Both the position numbers and the translations under genes were made by a program. A stretch of 41,164 nt of DNA, taken from positions 1 through 41,164 of IMG/VR virus record IMGVR_UViG_3300044454_000105; one strand, 5' to 3'. This document shows, piece by piece, positions 16,601 to 24,452 of the stretch. Within the stretch, counting starts at the first letter, position 1, and the number at the start of each line of letters is the position of its first letter. The notes below the pieces were generated by a model that was given only the letters and a program-made list of their open reading frames with translations, was not told the origin of the DNA and searched no databases. This DNA is from a virus (Duplodnaviria; Caudoviricetes).

Positions 16601-17603
16601 ATGCCCCCTGTGCGGTAGTACCCGCCGCCTGGACGATTGGAAGATGGCATTCCTTGTGCCGGACGGCTGGCCCAACCCGACCACCAATACTATCTGTCTC
16701 TGCCTGGATTGCGGTTTGGTCTACTACGATAACGACATGACCCAGGCGGATTATGATGAGTATTATCGCAAATATTACGGCTATGATGGGAATGAGCATA
16801 GCATCAATAACGAGATTCGACTAGACGAGATTGCAGATCTGGCCGCCCAACATGCCGAAAAGGAAGATCTGATCGTAGACTTCGGTGGTGGTAATGGTTA
16901 TTTGGCAAATCGATTGCATCTTATGGGATACCGCGCTCAATCGGTCGAAGTCGGGCAGGCGTTACCCAAGAATATCGACCTGCTCATCTCTGCCCAAACC
17001 TTAGAACACCTGTACGACCTGCGCCCGATTGTCGATATGCTGGTGGCTGCGCTATCCTACAAAGGCAAGCTGCTGATCGAAGTGCCGAACTGCCTACGCA
17101 TGGCGAATATCACCACCATGCCCATTCTCGATTACCATCAGAAGCATGTCAACCACTTCACGCCGCAGACGCTAGATCGCCTGTTTGCGCTGTACGGCTT
17201 TGCGCCTGAGTACATCCATATTGGCGAGACTCCCTGCTATTTCGGGCAGCACTACCGGGCGCTGTATACCCGTCACCTACAGGAAGTGAATTACAAGCAG
17301 GCCATGATGACGGTGCATGACCGGGTAGAGAACAAGATTGCCAAGATGCGCCACATTGACGGCCCGGTGATTGTGTGGGGCTGCGGCGACCTGTGCTTGC
17401 ACATGCTGACCAAGGTTGACCTGGATATCGCCTATTACGTGGATAACGACCCGGCTTTCAAGGGTGCGACCATTGGCGGCAAGCCGGTAAGGGAGTTTGT
17501 CACCAACACGTACCCAATTGTGGTGATTGCCCAAAATCAGGCATCGGGGATACTCAAGCGCATCAAAGAAAGCCATTTGCCCAATGAGGTAATTGTCCTA
17601 TGA
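16590..17603 (+). CDS. Zn-binding class I methyltransferase (sugar methyltransferase-like)
   Basis: CPLC..CLDC N-terminus, VDFGGGNG, LEHL, IEVP, HVNHFT, C-terminal VIVWGCG. Confidence 0.82.
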   Translation: MRDKCPLCGSTRRLDDWKMAFLVPDGWPNPTTNTICLCLDCGLVYYDNDMTQADYDEYYRKYYGYDGNEHSINNEIRLDEIADLAAQHAEKEDLIVDFGGGNGYLANRLHLMGYRAQSVEVGQALPKNIDLLISAQTLEHLYDLRPIVDMLVAALSYKGKLLIEVPNCLRMANITTMPILDYHQKHVNHFTPQTLDRLFALYGFAPEYIHIGETPCYFGQHYRALYTRHLQEVNYKQAMMTVHDRVENKIAKMRHIDGPVIVWGCGDLCLHMLTKVDLDIAYYVDNDPAFKGATIGGKPVREFVTNTYPIVVIAQNQASGILKRIKESHLPNEVIVL

Positions 17604-18622
17604 GCCAACAAATCAAAGGTGTAACCCTGCGCAACCGGGACCGCGCCCCCTTGCACTCTATCGCACCATTGGATCACCCGCTGGTAATCTACCTGGAACC
17701 GACCAACGTGTGCAACTTCCGCTGCGTGTTCTGCCCGACTGGGGATACGAAGCTGGTCAAGCAGCACCGACCCGTGGGCATGATGGATTGGGAGTTGTGG
17801 AAAAAAGTCATCGACGATTTCAAGGCATTCGATAAGCCTGCTGAAAATGCCCATCTGTTCAAAGACGGCGAAAGCACCATCCACCCCCGCTTTCTGGATA
17901 TGCTGGGCTACGTGCGTGATAGCGGCATCGTCAAGAAGCTGTGGATCAAGACCAACGGCTCGAAGCTTTCCCCGGAATACAACGAAGGGCTGATCGCCAA
18001 CGGCCTGGATAACATCGGGATCTCTGTGGAGCACGTGCATGTCGAAGGCTATCTGGAACGCTCCAAGGTCCATTTTGATTACGAAAAGCTGAGGGAAAAC
18101 GTAGCAGATTTGTACCAGCGCCGCCGTACGTGCAAGGTCTACGTCAAAATCCCCTACCAGGGCTTGACGGAAGAGGAGATCGCCAAGTTCTACGCCGACT
18201 TCACCGACCGCTGCGACTACATTGGCGTGGAGAAGTATCACGGTTGGTCAACGCCTGAGCTGGCAGATTTTACCCTTGGGTATAACGTGAGTGATACCTA
18301 TGACGGCGACCCAAAGACCGACAAGATTGTCTGCCCCTGGACGCTGTTTGAGTTCACCGTCAACTGGAACGGGGCGGTATCCATGTGCCCGGAAGATTGG
18401 GCCTGGAAAACGATTGTGGGGGATGTCTCGAAAGAGCGCATCATCGATATTTGGAACGGGGAACGCATGTTTGCATTCAGGAAGATGCACCTGGAAGGGC
18501 GCAGGCGTGACAACATCGCTTGCCGTGGGTGCGATTTCATGAAGACGTTACCCGACAACGTTGACCCGTGGAGGGCGGAGATATTGGAGCGATATGAGCA
18601 ACGAATGTCTAATCATCGCTGA
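17600..18622 (+). CDS. Radical SAM enzyme with SPASM/twitch domain
   Basis: CNFRCVFC (CxxxCxxC); C-terminal CPW..G.VSMC.ED..GD..C..C. Confidence 0.92.
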   Translation: MSQQIKGVTLRNRDRAPLHSIAPLDHPLVIYLEPTNVCNFRCVFCPTGDTKLVKQHRPVGMMDWELWKKVIDDFKAFDKPAENAHLFKDGESTIHPRFLDMLGYVRDSGIVKKLWIKTNGSKLSPEYNEGLIANGLDNIGISVEHVHVEGYLERSKVHFDYEKLRENVADLYQRRRTCKVYVKIPYQGLTEEEIAKFYADFTDRCDYIGVEKYHGWSTPELADFTLGYNVSDTYDGDPKTDKIVCPWTLFEFTVNWNGAVSMCPEDWAWKTIVGDVSKERIIDIWNGERMFAFRKMHLEGRRRDNIACRGCDFMKTLPDNVDPWRAEILERYEQRMSNHR

Positions 18623-19430
18623 GATTGGCATCAACCATAACGGCAGCCTGGACACGGCCCTACAACTGATTGCCGCCGCCAAAGACGCCGGGTGCAATGC
18701 GGTGAAATTTCAAAAGCGCACCGTGGAATTGTGCTACACGGCGGAAGAACTTGCCCGCCCGCGAGAATCTATCTTTGGTCATACCAATGGCGACCTGAAG
18801 CGCGGGTTAGAGTTTGGCTATGAACAATACGCAGCAATTGACAATTACTGCCAGTCAATCGGGATGCTGTGGTTCGCTTCCTGTTGGGATGTGCCTGCGG
18901 TGGGGTTTATCGACCAATTTCACCCGCCCTATTTCAAGATTGCGTCGGCCTGCCTGACAGATGACCATCTCTTGCGGGCGGTGCGTGCCACCGATAAGCC
19001 CATCATCCTATCTACGGGCATGAGTACGCTTGCGGATATCGATCATGCCATTGACGTATTGGGACGCAATCGCTTGACCTTGCTCCATTGCGTAGCCACC
19101 TACCCGGCGTACAACGATGAACTCAATCTCAGGTGCATCCAGACTCTACGGGAGACCTACGGCCTGCCCGTGGGCTATTCCGGGCATGAGTTGGGGCTGG
19201 CATCCACCGTGGCGGCTGTGGCGCTGGGGGCGTGCATGGTGGAAAGGCATATCACCCTATCGCGGGAAATGTGGGGGTCTGACCAAGCCGCCAGCCTGGA
19301 GCCGCACGAACTGAAAGAGTTGGTGCGGGATATCCGCTTTGTGGAAAGCGCGATGGGTGACGGCGTGAAGCGAGTGATGGAAAGGGAAGTACCTGTCATG
19401 AAGAAGCTGAGGAGGGCGTATGCGCTGTAG
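18594..19430 (+). CDS. neuB: N-acetylneuraminate/nonulosonate synthase family, short form
   Basis: IIAEIGINHNG, AVKFQKR, KIASA, LSTGMS, GYSGHE, VERHITL. Confidence 0.92.
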   Translation: MSNECLIIAEIGINHNGSLDTALQLIAAAKDAGCNAVKFQKRTVELCYTAEELARPRESIFGHTNGDLKRGLEFGYEQYAAIDNYCQSIGMLWFASCWDVPAVGFIDQFHPPYFKIASACLTDDHLLRAVRATDKPIILSTGMSTLADIDHAIDVLGRNRLTLLHCVATYPAYNDELNLRCIQTLRETYGLPVGYSGHELGLASTVAAVALGACMVERHITLSREMWGSDQAASLEPHELKELVRDIRFVESAMGDGVKRVMEREVPVMKKLRRAYAL

Positions 19431-19923
19431 TGATGCCATTTGGGAGATTGTGAGCGAGTACTGCGATACCGTGTTCTTCGTGCCCGGCGGGCAGGCGGCG
19501 TTCCTGGTAGACAGCCTGGGGCAATCGGGCCTAAAGCATATCTCCATGCTCCATGAGCAAGGCGCTGGCTTTGCGGCGTGCGGCTATGCTCAGGCAACGG
19601 GCAAGCTGGGCGTATGCCTGACCACCAGCGGCCCCGGTGCGACGAATGCCATTACCCCCTGCTGGGCAGCCTGGGCGGATAGCATCCCGGTTCTGTTTAT
19701 CTCAGGGCAAGCCAACCTGAACCCAAATGAAGATTTGCGGGTAAGGGGAGTGCAAAGCGTGGATATTATCAGCATCGTGAAGCCGATTACGAAATGGGCG
19801 CACCAGGTCAGGCCGAATGAAATCATCGCCAGTATGACTACCGTCATCGTCGATGCATTTCAGGGCCGTCATGGTCCCTGCTGGTTGGATATCCCTTTGA
19901 GCGTCCAGGCGGAGGAGATATGA
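19420..19923 (+). CDS. ThDP-dependent enzyme (ALS/YerE-like), N-terminal PYR domain
   Basis: HEQGAGFAACGYA, TTSGPGATNA, WLDIPLSVQ. Confidence 0.88.
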   Translation: MRCSDAIWEIVSEYCDTVFFVPGGQAAFLVDSLGQSGLKHISMLHEQGAGFAACGYAQATGKLGVCLTTSGPGATNAITPCWAAWADSIPVLFISGQANLNPNEDLRVRGVQSVDIISIVKPITKWAHQVRPNEIIASMTTVIVDAFQGRHGPCWLDIPLSVQAEEI

Positions 19924-19924
19924 G

Positions 19925-20116
19925 ATGCTATCAAACGAAGAAATGGTTATGAATAGACTATATAGATATGAGTTTCCTGACGATGAAGGGTGTATTTTCT
20001 ACTGGTTGCTTGATGATAAGTATTGGTCTTTTATGGCTTTTGCAAAGGATGGTACGGGAAGTGCTGAACTTTTGAAGACTATGATAAACGCCTTCAACCA
20101 AGGCACTCAAGTATGA
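19925..20116 (+). CDS. Small AT-rich inserted hypothetical protein
   Basis: 63 aa; visibly lower GC than its neighbours; GGAGG RBS; TATGA on both flanks. Confidence 0.6.
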   Translation: MLSNEEMVMNRLYRYEFPDDEGCIFYWLLDDKYWSFMAFAKDGTGSAELLKTMINAFNQGTQV

Positions 20117-21186
20117 ACCGCCCTGTAATCCTGATTGGAAATGGCTTACGCAGCAACCCGGCGCTTTTGGAGTCTTTGGGAAGAATGAATATCCCCATCC
20201 TGACAACCTGGATGGCAGCCGATCTCATCCCTGAAGAACACCCCGCCTTTTGCGGGCGGCCTGGCATCCTTGGACAGCGCGCCGCCAATATCATCCAGCA
20301 AAAGGCGACCCAATTGTTCGTTTACGGTGCAAGGCTGGATGAGCAGCAGGTGTGCTACCGATATGACAACTTTGCCCCTCACGCCGCCCGCTATCTTTAC
20401 GAGATTGACCCGGAGGAGATTCATAAGCTTGGGGATGCTTTCAAGAGCATGGCGATTGCGCCTATCATCGACGATAACCCCGACTGGCTCAACTGGTGTA
20501 AGGCGCTGTACCACCAGATGCGCCCTGAGCTGGAAGGCGTAGAAGATATCGGATGGGTAGACCCGTTCCATTTTGTCTCTGCCCTATCCGACTACGCCGA
20601 ACCGGATGACATCATTATCGCCGGGGCGGGCAAGGCGGGCGAAACGTTGATGCAGGCGTTCAAAGTCAAGGCGGGGCAACGGCTCCTGACCATGAGTACA
20701 TCCGGCGCGATGGGCTATGACATCCCGCTATCCATTGGGGCTTGCATGGGTACGGGGCGGCGTGTGCTGTGCGTGACGGGTGATGGTGGCTTTCAACTCA
20801 ATATTCAGGAGTTGGAAGTCATCCGGCGGCTGAAGCTGCCGATCCAATTTTTCGTTCACTCCAACAATGGCTACGGCTCGATTCGCGCCATGCAGCGCAC
20901 CCGCTTCGATGGGCGGGTGGTGGGGGCGGACCCGGAAAGCGGCTTTACTATCCCGCGCCTGGCAGAGATTGCCGAGTGCTACGGGCTGGATTACCAATGT
21001 ATCCAATCACTAGACTCTCCCGTGGAGTTCACCGGGCAGTTGATTGAATTGATGGTTGACCCGGATTACCAGCAATATCCACGGGTGGCAACATCGCTTG
21101 TGGATGGGAAATGGGTACAGGATGATATGCAAAATATGATGCCCAAGATACCCGACCTGGATGAGTTGATGAGGTGGAATGGATGA
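20113..21186 (+). CDS. ThDP-dependent enzyme, central and C-terminal (PP) domains
   Basis: RPVILIGNG, GRPGILGQRAAN, GAMGY, GDGG..NIQEL..NNGY ThDP motif. Confidence 0.9.
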   Translation: MNRPVILIGNGLRSNPALLESLGRMNIPILTTWMAADLIPEEHPAFCGRPGILGQRAANIIQQKATQLFVYGARLDEQQVCYRYDNFAPHAARYLYEIDPEEIHKLGDAFKSMAIAPIIDDNPDWLNWCKALYHQMRPELEGVEDIGWVDPFHFVSALSDYAEPDDIIIAGAGKAGETLMQAFKVKAGQRLLTMSTSGAMGYDIPLSIGACMGTGRRVLCVTGDGGFQLNIQELEVIRRLKLPIQFFVHSNNGYGSIRAMQRTRFDGRVVGADPESGFTIPRLAEIAECYGLDYQCIQSLDSPVEFTGQLIELMVDPDYQQYPRVATSLVDGKWVQDDMQNMMPKIPDLDELMRWNG

Positions 21187-22202
21187 CCGAACCAACGCAG
21201 AATGAGATCATCCGCATCGTGGAGCAGTACCGGGCCGCGCTTGCCCGCCGGGACGCGGCGGCGCTCAGCCGCCTGACAGATGCCTATCAGCGCCTATACG
21301 GGCGGCTGAAAGATAAGATTGACCTGTTGGTAGTTGAGTTGGAGAAAGGCCCGTTGACCCAGGGGCAGTTGACCCGCATGGCACGTTACAAATCGCTCAT
21401 GAGCCAGATTGAGACAGAGTTGACCGATTATCAGGTCATCTTGCGAAATGAGATATCCGTGGTGAGTTCCCAGGCGATTGCCAACGCCGGGCAGGACGCG
21501 GCAAAGCTGGCGCGCATCCTGGCCGGCACATCTGGGGTAAATGTCATGTGGAACAGGCTCCCCGCGGATGCAATCAAGGCGCTGCTAGGGTTCTTATCCG
21601 AGGATGGGCCGTTATACGCACGCATCCAACAACTCGCCGGGGTGAATGCAGAGAAGGTGGCACAAGCCATCATAGAAGGCGTGGGCCTGGGCAAGGGGCC
21701 ACGGGAGATTGCCGGTCTCATCCGTGACAGCCTGGGCGGGGGGTTATCGGATGCGTTGCGTATGACACGCACGGTACAGTTGTGGTCATATCGAGAATCT
21801 ACCCGTGCCAACTATCTCAACAATAGCGATGTGGTGCAAGGCTGGATTTGGTATGCGGATTTAGCAGGTGATCCGTGCATGGCTTGCATCGCTCAGCACG
21901 GCACAATCCACGGGCTGGATGAGATTTTGGACGATCATTACAACGGCAGATGCGCCATGATCCCGATTGTGCCGGGGATGGATAACCCCGTCGAGCAGGG
22001 CGGCGAAGATTGGTTCTCGCAACTGCCGGAAGCCAAGCAGCGCGAGTTGATGGGACCGGAAAAGTACATCGCCTGGAAAGGGGGAGCGTTTGACTTCTCC
22101 GCCCTGGCGGGTAAGCATAACGATAGCGTGTACGGCGACATGACCATCGAAACACCGCTGTGGGAGTTGTTGGGCGTGGAGCCACCCACAAGGACACAAT
22201 AA
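21183..22202 (+). CDS. Minor head morphogenesis protein (MuF/SPP1 gp7-like)
   Basis: RMTRT, W.W...PCMACIAQHG..HYNGRC. Confidence 0.88.
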   Translation: MTEPTQNEIIRIVEQYRAALARRDAAALSRLTDAYQRLYGRLKDKIDLLVVELEKGPLTQGQLTRMARYKSLMSQIETELTDYQVILRNEISVVSSQAIANAGQDAAKLARILAGTSGVNVMWNRLPADAIKALLGFLSEDGPLYARIQQLAGVNAEKVAQAIIEGVGLGKGPREIAGLIRDSLGGGLSDALRMTRTVQLWSYRESTRANYLNNSDVVQGWIWYADLAGDPCMACIAQHGTIHGLDEILDDHYNGRCAMIPIVPGMDNPVEQGGEDWFSQLPEAKQRELMGPEKYIAWKGGAFDFSALAGKHNDSVYGDMTIETPLWELLGVEPPTRTQ

Positions 22203-22387
22203 TGCACATCATCACCACCGGAACTATTACAACACCTTGCACAGATGCGAGCATGTTGCAATCTATAGAAAGTTATGCTACACTCGATAACAGAACGCGG
22301 ATGCTACTCATGACCTTGCGCCGCGCGCTGATCATGGTGCTGGCTGCCTTGGAAGATTATCTCCAAATGGAGCGCAGCATCAAATAA
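22202..22387 (+). CDS. Small hypothetical protein
   Basis: TAATG coupling with the MuF stop; AAGGA RBS. Confidence 0.5.
   Translation: MHIITTGTITTPCTDASMLQSIESYATLDNRTRMLLMTLRRALIMVLAALEDYLQMERSIK
22256..22284 (+). promoter_or_regulatory. Putative promoter for scaffold and capsid genes
   Basis: TTGCAA-17-TACACT with TGn. Confidence 0.45.
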
Positions 22388-22439
22388 CAAAACGCCCGCG
22401 CCATTTGGCCCCGGCAAAACCGACGAACCGCCGCTTATG

Positions 22440-22470
22440 CGCCCGTTCCGAAAATGGAACGGGCGTTTTG
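22440..22470 (+). terminator. Intrinsic terminator-like hairpin with an alternative pairing partner upstream
   Basis: CGCCCGTTCC-gaaaat-GGAACGGGCG-TTTT. Confidence 0.65.
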
Positions 22471-22495
22471 CATTTTAACCACAGGAGATGACGAG

Positions 22496-23074
22496 ATGTC
22501 AGAACCAGTACAACCCGAAGCGGTAGTCCAGGTGACAGCCGCCCAAACCCCGGAAGCTGAGACAGTCGAGGGGGAAAAGTACGACGCCGCCCGCGCAATG
22601 GCTTTGATTGAGAAGTTGCGCGCAGAAATCAAGGAACTCAAACCCAAAGCAAAACAGGCCGAAGAGTTGAGCCAGGCAGAGCAGAAACGCAAGGAGGCCG
22701 AGATGACCGAAATGCAAAAGCTCCAGGCGCAGCTTGAAAAAGCTAATGCCGACCTGAAAGCCACAAGGCTATCGGACCTCCGGCGCCAGGCCGCCATTGA
22801 CGCGGGTTTGCCCCTTGCGTTTGCCGATAGGCTCAAAGGTGAGACGCCCGATGAGTTGAAGGATGACGCAAAAAAGCTGCTGGCAGCCATACCAGCACCC
22901 AAGCCGCCAAACCTGAGCGCGACTAATCCCGGCGCTGGCGCAAGCCAGGGGGAAACACCCGCACAAGCGTTGGCGAGAATCCACGGTCAGAGTGTCAATA
23001 TTTTCGATCCCCGCTGGGTGAAAGAACATGGCGGTGGGGTCGTTATCAAGGACAATCTGACCGCTAAGGAGTAA
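22496..23074 (+). CDS. Capsid scaffolding protein
   Basis: Coiled coil; A..AGLP..FADRLKGETPDELKDDAKKL; AGGAG RBS; precedes the capsid gene. Confidence 0.85.
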   Translation: MSEPVQPEAVVQVTAAQTPEAETVEGEKYDAARAMALIEKLRAEIKELKPKAKQAEELSQAEQKRKEAEMTEMQKLQAQLEKANADLKATRLSDLRRQAAIDAGLPLAFADRLKGETPDELKDDAKKLLAAIPAPKPPNLSATNPGAGASQGETPAQALARIHGQSVNIFDPRWVKEHGGGVVIKDNLTAKE

Positions 23075-23079
23075 TTAAT

Positions 23080-23922
23080 ATGCCTCCCAATACTGAAGCC
23101 GACATCGCAACCTTTATTAACACGGTGTGGGCGGATGCTTTACTGGTTGCTCGCGAAAATCAAGTTATGACACCACTCGTTACCACGTTTGGTGATCGGC
23201 AAGGATTAGCCGTACGCAAAAACGCAAAATACGGCACGATCGTGTTCAACCAGATTGCAGAAACCGATGATCTAACATCGCAGTCTCTTACCCCCTCAGT
23301 AGATCAGACCTTAACGCCGTATGAATACGGCGCTCAAGTCTTCATGACCGATAGCCGAATCGAAACCGATATTTATTCATATCGGGAAGATTGTATGCAG
23401 GAGTTCGGCGCGGCTTATGGTCAGAAACTTGATAGTTACCTGGCTGGTCTATTCTCCAGTTTCACTGGGGGTACAGTCGGTGGAACAACCACCAATATGA
23501 CCTGGGCCACCTTCTTGGCTGCTCGTACCAAGATGCAGAGGGCGCTAGCCCCCCAACCCTGGCGTTGTGTTTTGACACCTGAGCAATACATGTGCCTCGG
23601 CACAGCGATTGCTCCTGGTGTTACCGTAACCAACGCCCCAGAGCTTCAGGATGAGTTTATTCGCCGGTACTATGTAAATACCATTGGCGGAGTCGATATT
23701 TTTGTCGATGGGAATATTACCGCAGCCGCAACTGTAGCCGGTGGCATGTTCAGCCCCAATGCAATTGCACTCGATATGCGCCGCCCGCTCAGGATCGAGC
23801 CAGATCGAGATCCGTCAAAACGGGGTGTCGAGTTGAATGCCTCATCCGTTTATGCGTACGGCGTTTGGAGACCACAGTACGGCGTGGTTATCCTAACCGC
23901 TGGTACTGCTCCAGTAGCGTAA
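23080..23922 (+). CDS. Major capsid protein (HK97 fold)
   Basis: 280 aa after the scaffold; strong RBS; IEPDRD..ELNASSVYAYGVWRP C-terminal pattern. Confidence 0.88.
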   Translation: MPPNTEADIATFINTVWADALLVARENQVMTPLVTTFGDRQGLAVRKNAKYGTIVFNQIAETDDLTSQSLTPSVDQTLTPYEYGAQVFMTDSRIETDIYSYREDCMQEFGAAYGQKLDSYLAGLFSSFTGGTVGGTTTNMTWATFLAARTKMQRALAPQPWRCVLTPEQYMCLGTAIAPGVTVTNAPELQDEFIRRYYVNTIGGVDIFVDGNITAAATVAGGMFSPNAIALDMRRPLRIEPDRDPSKRGVELNASSVYAYGVWRPQYGVVILTAGTAPVA

Positions 23923-23935
23923 GGGAGAGAATAAT

Positions 23936-24346
23936 ATGTCTCAACTAGATGGTTTGAACGCAAGCATCACGATCCCCCTGGGCGCTGGCACAGTAAGCGC
24001 AGGCACATCCATCAGCTTGATCATGTCTATCCCTGGAACGCTTTACGGCGGCGGTATCACCATCAAGAAAATCTGGTACTGCGCCAATAAAGCGGTTGCC
24101 GCGGGTTCGGCTCCCTCGCTTGCAATCCTGGGGCTGACTTCCGCCGGCGGGACCGCTGCCACCTACAGCACGAATGGATCTGCTGCGCTGACTGCCGGTA
24201 CTCCCATCGCCGGGACGATTGACACCGCTTGGGTTCCTGGAACGGTATCGTTCCTGGGACTCAAGTACGGGCATGAGAACCTGGCTGCATCCAGCACCCA
24301 ACTGACCTGTAACATCGTATACGCCATCGGGCGCGGCAGCGCTTAA
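23936..24346 (+). CDS. Putative capsid decoration protein (Gly/Ala/Ser/Thr-rich)
   Basis: 136 aa, beta-rich, directly after the capsid gene. Confidence 0.6.
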   Translation: MSQLDGLNASITIPLGAGTVSAGTSISLIMSIPGTLYGGGITIKKIWYCANKAVAAGSAPSLAILGLTSAGGTAATYSTNGSAALTAGTPIAGTIDTAWVPGTVSFLGLKYGHENLAASSTQLTCNIVYAIGRGSA

Positions 24347-24367
24347 TGGTGTGCCACTAATGGTAAA

Positions 24368-24448
24368 AACGCCGGGCTTGGGCCTGCATCCCTCCGCAGG
24401 CCGACAAGGGGCTGCCGCACCCCGCCCGGCGTTGTGCGGCGGGAGGGA
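24368..24448 (+). ncRNA. Three-way-junction RNA element upstream of the glycosyltransferase
   Basis: 10-bp closing stem, two internal hairpins, loops complementary to the downstream RBS region. Confidence 0.5.
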
Positions 24449-24452
24449 ATGA

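Noticed and set aside
19420-21186. Auxiliary metabolic ilvB (amino acid synthesis) or a pseudogene
   Set aside because: Context is NDP-sugar genes with no ilv genes; both halves keep catalytic motifs (HEQ, GDG..NN) and clean coupling
24368-24433. tRNA gene
   Set aside because: Only two internal arms, no T-loop GTTC motif and no tRNA-like acceptor end
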